Source: Paraphysomonas bandaiensis (lineage: Eukaryota > Protista > Chrysophyceae). Taken from it: a stretch of 64,000 bases of DNA. Each line of letters starts with the position of its first letter. Positions within the stretch are counted from its first letter, which is position 1. Of the stretch, positions 25,729-40,000 are shown piece by piece. The notes below the pieces were generated by a model. That model searched no databases, was not told the DNA's origin, and was given only the letters and a program-made list of their open reading frames with translations. Location of the stretch: contig CBFFRP010000041.1 in assembly GCA_965644295.1 (NCBI GenBank), positions 62,001-126,000 on the forward strand. The letters are read 5' to 3'. The translations under genes and the position numbers were made by a program.

Positions 25729-28700
25729 ATGGAAGAGAGTGTGGATATCAAGATAGTAGTAAGAATACAGGCTCTCATAAGACGATATCGTGATCGTAAG
25801 AAACTCATTAAATTACTAGAAAATAAATATGAGAAAATATACGACCCAAACAGAAGGAAATATTTTTATTATGATATAGTGAATGATGTGTCCTCTTGGA
25901 ACAAGCCTGCTATACTTCATGAAAGTGATTTAGAGAAAGTTAGTTCTCTGTATTCTGAAGAAGAAGCAGCTGGGATGATACAGAGACAGTTCAGGAGGAT
26001 GCTTGCCTTGTGGCGGGTTCGTATGCTCTATCAGAAACGTGTGAAAGCGATCAAAGATAAGGCTGCTGGGACAAAGTATTATTACAACAAGGTAACGCAA
26101 CAGACATTCTGGGACCTACCGGAGTTTATGGCCGATAAGCTGAAGTATGCGTATGACATTGACTTGAGAGAGCCGAAAAAATCTGATTCAGACAGTGATC
26201 AATCCTCTGAGGAAGAGGAAGAAGAGGATGATGAAAGTAGCGATGATGATGAATCGGACACGTCGTCAGTAGCACGGGAAAAAAGAAGGTTGGAGCGAAA
26301 ATATCCCAGGTATAGTTATTGTGTTGGTGTTCACTTTTTTTAATATGTGAAATAAAATGTAGGAGCAAATGTCAGGAGCTTATTGATGAGTGTGAAGACA
26401 GAGTAGACAAAAAGGCAACTTTGGTTTTAAACCTTTCTGGATTTAATGCAACTCGATTCTCTTCAAGAGTATTTGACTGTACACATCTCAAAAGACTAAT
26501 TTTATCGAATAATCGACTGACCCACCTCAGCACTGATATTAAGTTTCTTATCAAGTGAGTCATTAAATGTCTTTTCTTTTCATGTCTATTGCCGACCTTC
26601 TCAATTTAATTCCCGATTGATAACATGTGTTTTTGTCTGATGCTTCAGTTTGGAAGTCCTAGATGTTCGAAAGAATAAGTTACGAACATTACCAATAGAA
26701 GTAGAAGAACTCAAGTGTTTGCACACGATGCTGCTGGGTCATAACAAGTTTGAAAACCTTCCCGGAAATATATACAAATTAGGTAACTTGATGTCCTCAA
26801 GATTGTGTTTGTTGTAAACTGTCGATAATGTACACAGAGTTATCATGTAGTTATTCTTCATATCATTTATCATTAATGTGGTGTATTTATCAGCCGGTAT
26901 GAAGACCCTTGATCTCTCATACAATCGTTTTCCTATTATCCCCATTGAAGTTGGAAATATGGAATTGTTGAAAGTGCTCCATGAATGGGAGGTTGGTATT
27001 AGTTTATATCAGCAACTGACAGAATTAAATGTAAGTAAATGTAAACTTTCTGAGTGGCCGGACCATATCGATAAGATAGCAACTTTGCAAATGTTGAACC
27101 TATCCGGCAATGGCCTCGAATCTGTATCCGCTTCCATTGGCTGCAATACAAACCTAAAGTACCTGGACCTCTCTGAAAACAGGTTTATTGTGCTTCCGGT
27201 CGATTTTTACTCATGCACCCAACTTCAGGTATAGTCTGGAATGAAGCCGTACGCTACTAACTATTCGTGTATACCAGACATTAATCTTACGTAACAATAG
27301 CCTCATCAAATGGCCCAGTCAGTCAAAAGGAAATGTTCGAATGCCTGCTGTAACATCTATTGACATTTCCCACAATGCCTTCGAAATAATAGATACAACG
27401 TTTTTGATATTCCCACGACTGCAGATCTTGAATATATCATACAATAAAGTCAAAGAAATAGACAAATGTATATGCCAATTAACAATGTTACATACCTTAG
27501 ATGTGCGACATAATAAGTTGGAAATGGTGCCTGACAAACTTGGTGCGTGCATAACCCTTCACACCTTGCACTTGAGCTATAACTTGATGTCCGACTTTCC
27601 GTCTTGTATTCCTCATCTCATGCATCTTAAGTACCTGGATTTATCGCACAACGCAATGGTGGACCCCAAGCCTACTTATTTCGCAACACTTTTGAAGCTG
27701 CAGGATTTGGACTTGTCGCACAATGAGGTTGCCGTTATACCTGGTTCTCTGTTCTCTTTGTCGAAATTGCAGACTCTAGATTTCTCCCATAACAAAATTG
27801 AATTTATGCCGGAAATGTTCTGCAAAATGACATCGCTTCAGACTCTTGATATGTCGTACAATCGCGTTAACGGAATACCGCCTGAGATATCGGTATTAAC
27901 AGGCTTACGTTCGATAGAATTACGCAATAATTGTATCGTCTCAATTCCTGACTCTCTAACAGCTATGAAATCTTTGAGTCACATTGACTTAATGAATAAT
28001 AATCTATCGAGTTTTCCTGAACCATTTCGTAGAATGCAACAATTAATTGGATGGAATGTGTCTGGAAACCCTATTCCAAATTACTTAGATTCCCTGCGAG
28101 AAGAGGATGATGATATGAGTTTGTCAGTAGAAGACTGGAAAGGAGGCGACACGGTCATGATTAAGAAGCTGGGAAAACGAGTGAATAAAATGTGGATAAA
28201 ACTTGAGGATACTACGTTTGAAATACACTTTAAAGGCGCTCCACCCGCTGTAATTAGAGACAAATCACTGGAGTCTGATATCGGCCAGCTAGACGCAGTC
28301 ACTGTGCCCTGCAGTTGGCTTGAAAAGCTACGCGCATGGAGCAAGGACCTAGCGGAGAGCGTATATGTGGTTACGAATTTGTCCACATCCGATCGGGGGG
28401 CATCGTGTGCCGCTGCGTTGCGTACCATTCTGATAGATCCTGAGCACAAGAAGGTGCTAAGCGATTTATCTGCTCCACAGTTCGATGACTACAATCCTTA
28501 CCCCTCCCATATTTTCTCAACTGAAGTGCTTCAAGTGTTGTCTTTGGGAAGTTCTCTAGTTGAGTGTATTCACGGGTTTGAGCGTATTTGCGAATCCATT
28601 TATGCGGTCAGTGAAACCATGAAGTCTGCGGAGGAAGAAAAGCTGTCCGCCATTCGAGAGAACAAATATAAGTTAATGGCAGAGCGCAAAGCCTCACTTC

Positions 28701-30668
28701 CGCCTCCGGCTACAGCCGATCGCACCAGGCCACGTATAATCGGACTTACAGAAGAAGAAGTGGAAGCGGAAATGGATAGTCGCATTCAATCTATGGTGTC
28801 GGCAAGTCTTACACGCAGATCCAGCATGCGTGAATCTTTCCGAGCTTCCATGCAGGCATCCAATGATTTGGAGGATCCAGGGAGTAGCTCTTCCAGTGAG
28901 GGGGCGCGTTTATGGACAGAGGAAGACGGGATTGATAAAGAGGAGAAAAAGAATAACCAATTGAAGAATACTAATCAGATCGAAGACAGGGAAAGTCGCA
29001 GCTTTGATCAAGATGATAATATTCCGAGTGGAGATAAAGGTGACGTCGAATCTAAACGAGATAGCGAAGTGTCTGACGATGCAATAGACGACGGCAAGGG
29101 TGTAAACAGTGCAAGTATTTCTGTGAGGAGTGAATATGAAAATCATATTGAAGGAACACGTGAACAATCAGTTTCCAAAGTGTCTGATGATGGACTTCAC
29201 ACTGGCGAAATGCAGGATGATACACTTAGAGACCTAGCCGTCGGTTCAAGTGACATATCTCATTCCACCAATGGAGAGGAAGTAGCATGTAATACTGCAA
29301 GTATTGACGACGAAAAAGTTAATATCACCAAACCTTCTAAAAATAAGAATAACTATAAGTGGAAAATGACAGATATTTTATTCGACCCATGTCTTGGTGA
29401 TCCACTTGACTCATTTCTGTATCGAATTGCACTGGAATGCTACTACGGCATGGGGTTGGCGCTTGTTGAGCGGGGTGAATGCTTGACACAAGATATTCGC
29501 CGCGTTGAATCTAATACAGCACTTATATCTGTGCTAGGAGTAGCTAATCGTAAAGGAAATGATATGAAAGATCTCTTAGTTGGGTACGAGAAACATTTTC
29601 CCCGGCCAAGACGGGGGAGTACCACATCGAACTCTACACTTAAAGTCCCGTCGCTATTTTCTGTAGGTGATGCATCGTCCCACGATAAGGTAGGTGCGCA
29701 AGACACGACCAACAAACTAGAGGGCAGTGAGGCGGATGATCTAAGCATTACCAGCACTAGCCTTGCTGGAACATCCATAGGTAGTATCCCTGTTTCCACA
29801 CTGCTGAACGTTGATTTAATGTAAATATATTTTCACAGCTCTAGAGGTGAGTGCGGAAGACCAAGTTCTGCAGGCTCTCCATCACCAGCACGCACGCGCC
29901 ATTGTTCGTGAGCTCCTGGTAGAACGCCGTAATATATACGTCTGGAGTATGATTGTCCTGGCATGTGCATCTGACCTTCTCAAGCTATGCGGTTGGGATG
30001 CGGTATCCGAAAGTGCAGTGGAGAACAAGGATATCACCGTGTTGTTTTCGGCCAAAGATTTGTCGGCTGTTGCGGTTGGAGTTGGACTCAGCTATGCCCG
30101 CGCTTTGACAGGGTTTGGTATGTACAGCATGGCTGTACTAGAGTTTGAAAAGGTACTTCGTCTCTCTCCAAAACATAGGACAGCTGAACTGGGGAGAATC
30201 CGTTGTTTATGTGCCCTAGGAGATTTTCCAAAAGCGAAGACTTCACTTACAACTATCATCGTAGAGGCGTTTAACAAGGATATCCGTGATATAAGTTTAG
30301 TCTCTCTGATGAAACGGGACACTGAGCTTGGGTACTTGATGCTCTACATCGATGCCTGTATGAATTCTCTTGTTAGTACTGGGTATGGGGCGAAACCGGA
30401 TTGCCGGACATATAAGCTAATGGATGACGGCATTTTGGATCGCCATCCACTTTCATACAATCTGTTTGAACATGGTGAATGTCCTTACAACAAGTGGTAC
30501 GTCGAGAAACGAAAAAATGCGGTGATGGCCAATGTTGTCCGAGTGAGAGAAAGCGAAGATAGGAGCAAATACAAACAAAAGTCAGCACAAACAATGCGTA
30601 GTGCGAAAGATGTCATTGATGCACATAAAGCTATGATGATGCAGTTGGGACCTGTCACTATAACCTGA
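25729..30668 (+). CDS. Large leucine-rich repeat protein with N-terminal IQ and WW-like motifs and a C-terminal TPR-like segment
   Basis: Two IQ motifs (RIQALIRRYRDRK, MIQRQFRRMLA), each followed by a WW-like motif (YFYYD..SSWNKP, YYYNK..TFWDLP). Many LxxLxLxxN repeats over several exons. TPR-like FEKVLRLSPKH. Confidence 0.8.
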
Positions 30669-30884
30669 GTTAGTCGGTGTTGTAGCTAGTACTTTAATTT
30701 GATTGCACTGTACATAGTTTCGGTAAAGAACATGTATGTAATAACTTGCTTAATTCTAAATGGGTGTATTTATGAACATGGGCTTAGTCCTGATCTAGTA
30801 TATGATGTGTATAGAATGAAAAAGGTACCCAATTTTCAAGATGTTGTGCTTTGATACAATGTAACTGTCCACTCATTGCCTACT

Positions 30885-32794
30885 CAGGCTTGCGTAACCA
30901 TTAATGGTAATGGCCATTAATGACCTTCCCCCATAAAATGGAAAAAAAGCAATTCATTAATGGCCATAAAAATGGGGGAGAGATGTAGTGCCCATTAATG
31001 GCCATTAATGGCCATATCCATTAGTTAGTATCCAATTGTCAGCATCATGTAAGAATACGTGACAAGCCACGACCTTCCGGTGCATTATTAGTTATTAATA
31101 TATTATATACGTATTTAAGTCATTTAAACAATCTGTTTTAAGAATTCATATAAATTCTATTGATGTGATAACATCACAATCATGTTGTGAATGTTAACAT
31201 GAATTGATTGTACCACCTTCTTTTCTAGTTTTAAATTCACAGCCCAGCCACTTGTCAGCATAAGTAATAAGAACTTTATGTAATATATTATAATACAAAA
31301 AGGTAAAGATATGTAAAGACTGTGAGCAAATTATACGACGGCCCTACAATTTACAAAAAGCCTTTTTCGAGAAAGATGAGTCGGATCCATGCCTGCACAT
31401 GTGCAAATTGTGCGGCGCAGGTTCAAAGAAACTGAAGCAAAATCTTAGCAAAGGCTACACAAGTTGCATTGCCCATGTCAAAGGTAGACATTCAGAAGGC
31501 TGGGAACAGGCTTTGGAGAGTGCTTTGGAACAGCAATAGACAAAGGGGGGGACCATATCTAGCTATATGGAGAGGACAGTGACAAGGAAAGCCATCAATA
31601 TTCACAAATGGTTAGAGTGGGTAATTATGGGTGACCAGCCTTTTTCCTTTGTGGAGAATTCTTTCACTCGAAAGAAAACTAATTTGGAGTCGATATCACG
31701 TACAACTCTGATGAAGTATCTTGAAAAACTTGGGTTGTCTGTGGAGAATGCAATAAAACACATCATCCCCAATTCTTTCGGTCTTATTTTCGATGGTTGG
31801 ACTTGCGGAACCGAGCACTACATAGCAATTTTTGTCTTAGGAATGACACACGCTGGAACTCTGTCCATCATTCATGGAAGCGGTATTTGTTACTTTCTCC
31901 TGTGTTGACTTGTGATAATTTTAATGACGATGTTACTGACTTGCTACCTTCTGTACCACAGCACCGACGGATCGCGCAAGTAACATCAGACCTTGCTAAG
32001 TGCAACGAAGTCGCATTGATGCTGCAGAAATCGTGTGTAGATCATTATGTTGTGCGTAGCATGTTCGACAAACTTATTGAAAACTTTCCAGATATGGAAC
32101 AGTATCTTGGTGCTAATGCTACCATTACAACTGACCCATTATTCGAGAGAGCTGTTGTGAAGATCCAAAGCCAACTGGAGAATACTCTGACCGTTCTAAA
32201 ATCTAAAACCGTTAAGGGCTATCTCCTTGCGGCTCATAAGGATGACGATAGCAGTGGCGATGATAAAACGGGGGAAACAGGAGGATTTGTAGTGGATATA
32301 GTGAGAGAAGCTGTGGCAAAAAAGGCAAAGAACAGCAGGAGAGCCACTAAATATCGCTCCATGAATCATTTGGTGACGACTTCCAATATTGTTGAGCGAT
32401 TATTTAGCAGAGCAAAACTTATTATGAGAGACCAGCGCAAGCTAATGGAACCCCAACTTTTTTTGCGTTGCAACAAATTCTTATGGAACGAAGTTACCAT
32501 TGATGATATTATAGTTGCTGATGATGTTTAAGTATATTGTTCGCATGACCTGACTGTAACATGGGAACGAACTGCTCATCATTGCTGTTAAATAGCTAGT
32601 ACTTAGTCTAATTATTAACACTTTCCATTTATTTATTTCTAAAGCAATATTAAAGCAATAGTAATCAAACCATAAATGGTCCATTAATGGCCATTAATGG
32701 CCATAAAAATGGTGGGATTTTTAAAATTAATGGCCATAAAAATGGGGGAAGCAATGCGTCGCCATTAATGGCCATTAATGGTTACGCAAGCCTG
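30885..32794 (+). mobile_element. Defective hAT transposon (internally deleted transposase pseudogene)
   Basis: 23-bp TIRs CAGGCTTGCGTAACCATTAATGG / CCATTAATGGTTACGCAAGCCTG and many CCATTAATGG subterminal repeats. BED finger (CKLC..HVKGRH), FDGWT, TRWNS and SNIVERLFSRAK motifs. Premature stop and frameshifted internal deletion. No TSD. Confidence 0.9.
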
Positions 32795-32942
32795 ATAAAC
32801 AGGCATCTGGAAATTGAGCATCCGGGATATTGAGCTGGCTGCTGCCTAAAGTCAAGCATCCGGGTTGTTCACCTAAAGGACTCAAAATCCGGAAGTCAGC
32901 AGATGTCAGGTATATCAACAGTCTGCTTGCTCATTGCGTTTA
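32795..32942. repeat. Dispersed repeat family (inverted copies at ~50585-50740, ~51765-51920, ~61568-61790)
   Basis: Shared core GTCAGCAGATGTCAGGTATAT..AACA(G/T)TCTGCTTGCTC..GCGTTT and ATAAAC..GCATC motifs. Confidence 0.8.
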
Positions 32943-33381
32943 TTTTGAGTGATAGAGTTAAAGTGGAGGTGGTCGCTCGCACCTCTTGGTGCTTGCAGTG
33001 ACGTACATGCGGTTAAGCACTAAATCTTTAACGCTTATTGCGAATAATAACTGTGTAAGTGTTAATTGAGAATAGGTTGATAATGTCCTTGTGTATTTAC
33101 TCTTTGTTATATTACTCTTACTGTATTACTACTCCTGGTGTGGCTTTTTAATAATCTTATTTTTTTTTACTTCATATTAAGTTTAATACGAGCAAACTGC
33201 ATATATCAAGTTCAAATATAGTGAACATTGATAGTGAAGCGCTCAATTTTAAACTAAAACATACCTAAACATCAAGTCATGACAGATACAGTCATTAATG
33301 CAAATACACAAGTTCCTAATGTGAAAGAGCTATGAGAGCTACCAAATTCTTTAAGGTAGCACATCTCACATCCCATATATG

Positions 33382-34240
33382 TCATGTAGCTAGCTCTATG
33401 ACATATATAAACATGTCCACTTCTCGGCCATCGGTCCACATGTCGGGCTGCTTGGTCGACGAGATATGCGTCACACGAAATCCAAAGCTAGTAGCTTTAG
33501 TAAAAAACAACAAATCACCACTCTCTATACCAGGAATGTGATGAGAGAAGGTAAGGATAGCTATACCTCCAGCCTTAAGTACTGAACTGAGCGAAAGAAG
33601 TAAATCTTCGTGCTGTTGATGCCATATATTAGCACAAGATGAAAGATGAGAGTGTGCTGATGTCATATGCATGTATGTATACCTGTTCATGTCTCCACAG
33701 ACACTCTGATGCTACAACCACATCATACTTACAGCCTCTATTGGCATCAATCAGAGGCGATACATCTGCTCCCCATTTATATCCTACTACACTGAAGGAT
33801 CTTGAGGGGTCACTGGGATCTTTCATACAGTTTCTAGTCATATTTTCAGTTAATGTCTCTATAAGATACTCTGAAGGATAATCACTTGCACATACATATG
33901 ATGCACCAATAGACCATGACATTAAAGATGGTAAACCAACACCTGCCCCCAATTCAAGAACTGATTTGTCTTTGATGAGTTCTCTGTGGGTCTCTATATA
34001 CGTACATAAGAGACGGGCGCCATTCCATACATAAGTAGCGAATAATGTTTTTTTTTCAGTATTCCACTCTGCTTCAGCTATTTTTATATTAAACTGAAAA
34101 CCATTTAATTCTTCGTGTTTTAATTGGCTGTTATCGTTGACTTCATTGTCTTCTTCAGAAGTGAATATATTAGCCAATCCTATACCAGTTAGACCTAGTT
34201 CACTGGATGGGGGTGATTCAGACACTGACTTTGACTTCAT
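33382..34240 (-). CDS. METTL21/Methyltransf_16-family protein methyltransferase (EFM7/NNT1-like)
   Basis: LFATYVWNGA, VLELGAGVGLPSL, SDYP, GYKWG, ASECLW and FSHHIP motifs. One intron at ~33633-33681. Confidence 0.85.
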
Positions 34241-34678
34241 TTTGTCAGTGTCGAAGTTTATATTCACTTTACAGGCAGTTTAACCATCTCCACACTCACT
34301 TACTCAATGCACCATACAGTCAATTACACATGTTTAGATAAACGAATATTCCAGAATAATGATATATAATTTCTATATTTTCCAGGAATTCCTACAGTAT
34401 ATTTACCCTATTTTTATAAAACATCTCCCAAAAATCCTAAAATCTATATATGATACGGTGTACGCTCTCTTGTACAGAGAGAGCCAGAACTATACTGCTG
34501 TACATGATGGATGACAGACCTACGAATGTATCAGCCACAACTATATAATGGAGGGGTCCCTTGTACCGATATTGCTGTACATAACTGTTTAACTCCATGT
34601 GTGATTTCTCTTGTTGTGTCTTCTCTCTCTGTGTTGTAGATCAGTAGTTGATAGCTTGTAGCATTGCGTTATTGTAGT

Positions 34679-35350
34679 ATGAAGGAGCAAGTGACCTCTA
34701 ATCAATGGACGGAATACTTACACGAGTTATCAACATTTAATGGGGAGCTCATTCGTTATCCACAGAGGAGATTTGATTTTCAATGTGGAACCGTATTAAT
34801 TAATCAGAGTATGGACGATGTAGGGTACACAGTGTGGGATGCTGAGGTGATTTTGGCTCATATGTTGACCGACTTCGAATTAAGAGACAAGTGCGTACTT
34901 GAGATTGGGGCTGGAACTGCATTAGCATCTATTGTTGCATGTAAAATGGGAGCAAAGGCATATGTTCAAGATCTTGATCATGTACTTTCTAGGACTCAGT
35001 CAAACATGACATTGAATAACGTGAAGTTTGAAGCGGTTGCAGGGGAATGGGGGCATGAATGCGCCACCAAAATTCTTCAAACAGTTTCGTCCTCCGTGGA
35101 TATGGTATTTATGGCAGATGTTTTATATAATTTTCACAGTTTCTCGTGTCTAAATCAAACAATTGTTGAGTGTACATCGTCTGGATGCAAATTGCTCATT
35201 GCATATGAACAAAGGCGATGTGACCTAAAGCCGTACTTTGACACACTTTTGTCCAATTTTACCCCAGTAAAGGAAGTTTACTATGAAGTTCCCAATGAGT
35301 CTTATAGTGCGAATACTAAATTCTGTATTCATTTGTTGATTCGAAATTAA
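34679..35350 (+). CDS. METTL21/Methyltransf_16-family lysine methyltransferase
   Basis: VGYTVWDA, VLEIGAGTAL, EWG, ADVLY and YEQR motifs; single exon. Confidence 0.85.
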   Translation: MKEQVTSNQWTEYLHELSTFNGELIRYPQRRFDFQCGTVLINQSMDDVGYTVWDAEVILAHMLTDFELRDKCVLEIGAGTALASIVACKMGAKAYVQDLDHVLSRTQSNMTLNNVKFEAVAGEWGHECATKILQTVSSSVDMVFMADVLYNFHSFSCLNQTIVECTSSGCKLLIAYEQRRCDLKPYFDTLLSNFTPVKEVYYEVPNESYSANTKFCIHLLIRN

Positions 35351-35732
35351 GATTGCTAAATTATTAGTCTCCATCAGCGTGCCTAATAATTACATATAAT
35401 AAGTATGAAGTACTTTTCGTTTCATTGTGCCTGCATCTACGGGATTAAATTTAATATGCTCAACAATATTACTAGTTTTACCATGATCAGTCAACATCTC
35501 GTATGTGCTATAAGTAAGCGGCTTGGAAAGTATCGTATGACTTGCTTCAAACTAGTACTCGTAATATATAACTAAACTACATGTACTCATACTCAGCATA
35601 ATATAGGTACCCCATGCATTCAATGAGTAAGCTTTTAAGTAATAAATGCGTATGTAGTGGTTACTATGTTATTATCAACAAATATATCCGAGGTATTACA
35701 GTTAACAAAAACAATATTATTACTACTATACC

Positions 35733-36425
35733 CTACGTCGCTCTATATATGGTGTATAAGACAGGCGCAAGAGGTCTATTAAGAGGCTCATGCACAAACA
35801 CTTTCCAATTTCGTGTGCATAGAGAACGTGCTAAGGTGTCTACTGCATTCGTCTCAGTCTGACCCCCAGAGTGTCCATTGTAACATAATACTGAAACAAG
35901 ACCATTTTTCTTCAGCAATCTTAAGGAGATGTTTAAAGATGCCACTGTGTTTTCTGGAACTGTTATAATAGTTTTATCAGAACCAGGTAGATATCCCAGA
36001 TTATACGTCACAGCTGAAACACTGCCATCTTCGATCTCTTCTGGGAACGAAGCGTGATTCTGCTGCAGCAATCGTACTCTATTCATTTTTGCTTCACCAA
36101 TATGCGCTACAAGCCGTTCGTATGTATTGGATACTGCTACTTTCTATGAAATCAATGACGTTACGAAATTTCGGCGAAAAAGTAGGTATACCTGAATATC
36201 GAGTGCATAAAGTAATCCTGATTCCTCCGTTAATGCTAACCCTGCGAGAAATAAACTATCCTGACCGTTTCCGCAGGTTGCATCAATTACAATATCTCCT
36301 GGTTTGACTACTTGTTTGAGCATGGTGTGTGCCATGTGAAGGTGACTACTTGCTGCAACAAGTCCTGCACATGTCCTCTTCGAGGGCTGTGACATATTAA
36401 ATTTTCTTAATATAAGGGCCTGCAT
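35733..36425 (-). CDS. YtqB/MnmM-like SAM-dependent RNA methyltransferase
   Basis: IDATCGNGQDSLFLA, YALDIQ, YNLGYLPGSDK and YNGHSGGQTE motifs. One intron at ~36120-36190; start uncertain. Confidence 0.82.
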
Positions 36426-37071
36426 AATTCAAGGCAGAGAATATATTCGTGACTGTTTAAATTCCAGTAACAGTTTTGCAAAATGGTGTTGTGCAAGTCA
36501 AGCAGTGACAATGAGGTGTGCATGTCCAGCAATGCATGGACTGTTCATACATTAACATCATAATTAAAATGGGCATATTCGGGGCATTGCAAAAACCTTT
36601 ATTTTATTGTATCAAAACTCCAATTTTCCTTAATTCCGGAGAAATCATGTGCAGGAGTTAACTGTTTGTTGATACTGCTGTGTACGTCGTAGAAATGAAC
36701 TTTTCAAACAGCGCAAAGGATACTACGAATAAACATGTCTTTTCTACAGTACTTTATTCAGAAAATATAATAAAAAATATAAATATCATGTATTTATAGC
36801 TATATTTCTTAAATATCACGTATTTTTATAGATGTATATGTGTGGGATATTTCAAATATTAATATTACAGCACATGTGCCACATAGTAAACATGGAAAGC
36901 TACGAGACCGATATATAGACATACAGGACCCACTGTTGGAATGTGGTCGATATAGTGCTATCTAACAAACACACACTTGTGTCTTTCTATCAACTTCATT
37001 ACAATCAGCTGTCGTTGTGTGTATCTGTAATAACCAGTCCGTATATATACATATCTGCCTCTACATAACAT

Positions 37072-40000
37072 ATGAGTCTATCCGGAGGCCTCATCCCTCT
37101 AGGAGGACAAGAGAAGTCCAGTACAGGTCTATCAGATATGGAGCCTCTTGCTCCTGTGAACTCAAAGAAGAGTGCACCTGTTACTGGTGGGTTTGATTCA
37201 TTTGATGATATATTAGATGCTCCCACACGACCTGTTAAGAAGAGCTCGAAAGGAAAATCAAAGAAAAAGAAAAAAGGATCTAGTAAGAAGAAGATGGATA
37301 TGGAGCAGTCTCTAGATAATGTTGATATGCCGTTATCTCCCGACTTTGGAGATTCACTGGACAGAGAAGCATTCGCTGGTCTAGAAGCTCCTAAAAATAT
37401 CGGTGCATCTGATTTAGAGGACAGGTATATATGTTACAGTTTGACAATGCACGAAGGAGTATATGAAGCCGTGCATACCTACGTGTATCATATTTTGTGT
37501 ATTTCTTTTGCATTATCGTCGTAATTCATGTGTGTAGTATATTGGGTTTATTAGGGGGTCCTAAACCGTCGAAGGGGTTGACTCGACCTCGAACAACTGC
37601 ATCTGCTGGTCATGCTACTGAAGATAAACCTTCTACTCGGCCATCAACTGGAGGTCCACGTAGTACGAAGTATGCGGATGACGAAGTGAACTCTGCTGCA
37701 CCTACATATAGCGCCCGTCGAGAGGCTGATGCAGAAGCGAATCCCACTCCTATGACGGCTCATGACCCTGAAATGAGTCTAGATTTGGACATTGACTCCC
37801 TTTTGCCAAATGATGCGGGCAGTATGGATGTCTCCCGCCCTCTAACCCATCCAGGTAGAAGGCGTCCGGTCCGGGATTGGACGGCAGACGAGGATACACC
37901 GTCCGCACGGACTAATACTGGAGGTAATTCAACTGGTATGCAAGATGGAGGTTTATTAGACGGGGAGGAAGGCGCACTAGCTGGTACTGCTCCCCTAGCC
38001 CCCTCCCGAAGTACCCGTCCTAGTACAGGTCGACCTACCACATCCTCTGCTGTACCTGCGACCGCTCCAATGACGGATGATATGGATGATTTCGATTTTG
38101 ATGTCGATGCTCTCCTTCCGGAAAGTGCACCGCTACGACCATCTAAGAGTGCGCCAGGACCGACTGCTTCGTCCTCGTCCAACACCCACATGGTGCGCTC
38201 TCACAGTCAGGGAAGTGAAACAGAGGTTCCTGGACCGCTGCCCGGTATATCCCGGAGTCGCTCTGGGAGTCGGAGTGCCAGTCCAGACAAGCATGCAGAT
38301 AGTGATGCTCATAATCCTCTTAAAACCACCGAAAATGAAGCCACAGAAAAATCAGGAGTAGAGTCGAAAAATAATGAGGATGATGTGGATATTGGGTTCA
38401 TGCCTTCCTTTCTAGAGACTGGAAGAGAGGGAAGAGGAAGACGGTAAACGTTTTGACAATATCTGACCAGTCATTGTGCCTGAACTACATGATGCTATAA
38501 TTTATTATTGTCTGTTAATCTGTACTTCTGTTCAGACAATTAGGGAGGGGACGAACTGCACGTCCACGCAGTTCAGGTGAAGGTACCAGCGGTGAGTTAG
38601 ATGCTCTTGACAAGGCCCTTGGCATTGGAGGGCCAGGAGGAAATACCGTGGGTAAGGCTGCAGGGGGGCGAGTTGTAAAGGTATTTCTGTGAATTTCTGC
38701 ACTTTTTGCGTCGAGCTCTTGCAGTCATGCGCTGGTGTATTCGCAATGATGCATACCTTCTAATATGAATACCTTGACAGAGTTTTGACTATAAGTACGC
38801 AGGCCGTGGACCCGTTCAGTCATGCGGACACTGCTGCGCATGAGTTGAAAGCCCAGCGACCTTCAGCTGACCAGGTGAATAGGACGGATTCCTACAGACC
38901 TGTTCACAGTACCGCGCCCATTTCCACAACCTCCGTGCCAACGGACAGTAAACCTGCAGAAACCACGACAGCTCCGGATAATTCCCCAGCAAATACTACC
39001 CCTGTATCGAATAAAAAAGCACCACATACGGAATTAACTCGTGATATTAGTGCTTCTTCGAATGTTAGTCTGCCTTCGTTGACACCGGTGAAGAGCTACC
39101 ATCCTGCGCAAGCTTCTGGGGCGACCTCAAGCTCAACGTTAGACTCACAGGAGCATCGGGAACGACCTAATAGTAGCGAACAGCCTAAAACACCGAAGCG
39201 ACGCTCCAGTGCTGGTTCCGCCACCAATACCCCTACCACGCCGAAACACGCTAGCGGACTAAACATAAGAGTTGATGAGAGTCATGACTCGTCCTCTTTG
39301 CATGCGCCCACTACGCCCAAATCTACTAGTGATAATATAGAAAGAGAAGCCGTGCATCATGCACAGAAGTCTCCTACTGGTCGGGGAAGTAGCGTGTCGT
39401 TTGCTATCAGTCCCACCCATGCAAGTGGAAATACTGGAAACACTACCCCTGGAAGTGCAAAACGAATTTTAAAGAAATCAAGTTCTTCGTATGAAATTGC
39501 CCCGGTTTCTAGTGTACCTGGGGGAAAGCCTCAATACTCATCGACATCGCCATCGACCTCAGGAAGTGGTAAAAAACGTGACTCGCATCAAAACCTCTCT
39601 ATGCCGTCCTGGTTATCTCCTAATGCCAGCGTAGACCTTAGTGGATCAACAACCTCCCCCGGAAAATCTCGCGATACTACAGTGCGTCAGCTGCAGCAGA
39701 AGATTGAAGAGCTTAGCATTCAGAAAGACACAATAGAGAAATACCTTCGCCTGGAGATAGAATCCCTTAAGGGCCGTCTTGAGAGCAGTGCTTCCGCTGG
39801 GAGTGGTGGTGCGACTGGAGATGCATTAAGTTCATCGCGTACTGAAGAGGTAGAAGATCTTAAGATGCGTCTCAAGGCTGCACTTGAAGAGAATGCTCGA
39901 TTGAAGGAAGAGTCTGTGATTGAGAAAATTCGACACCAAAAGGAAATTAATCATTTGCGGGAGCGGCATCAGGCCGATATGGATGCAGGTAATCTGAGTA

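Noticed and set aside
37760-38191. Antisense ORFs overlapping real genes (here and e.g. 24450-24821, 28081-28449, 29443-29799, 56037-56450)
   Set aside because: Shadow ORFs of coding sequence with no recognisable motifs.
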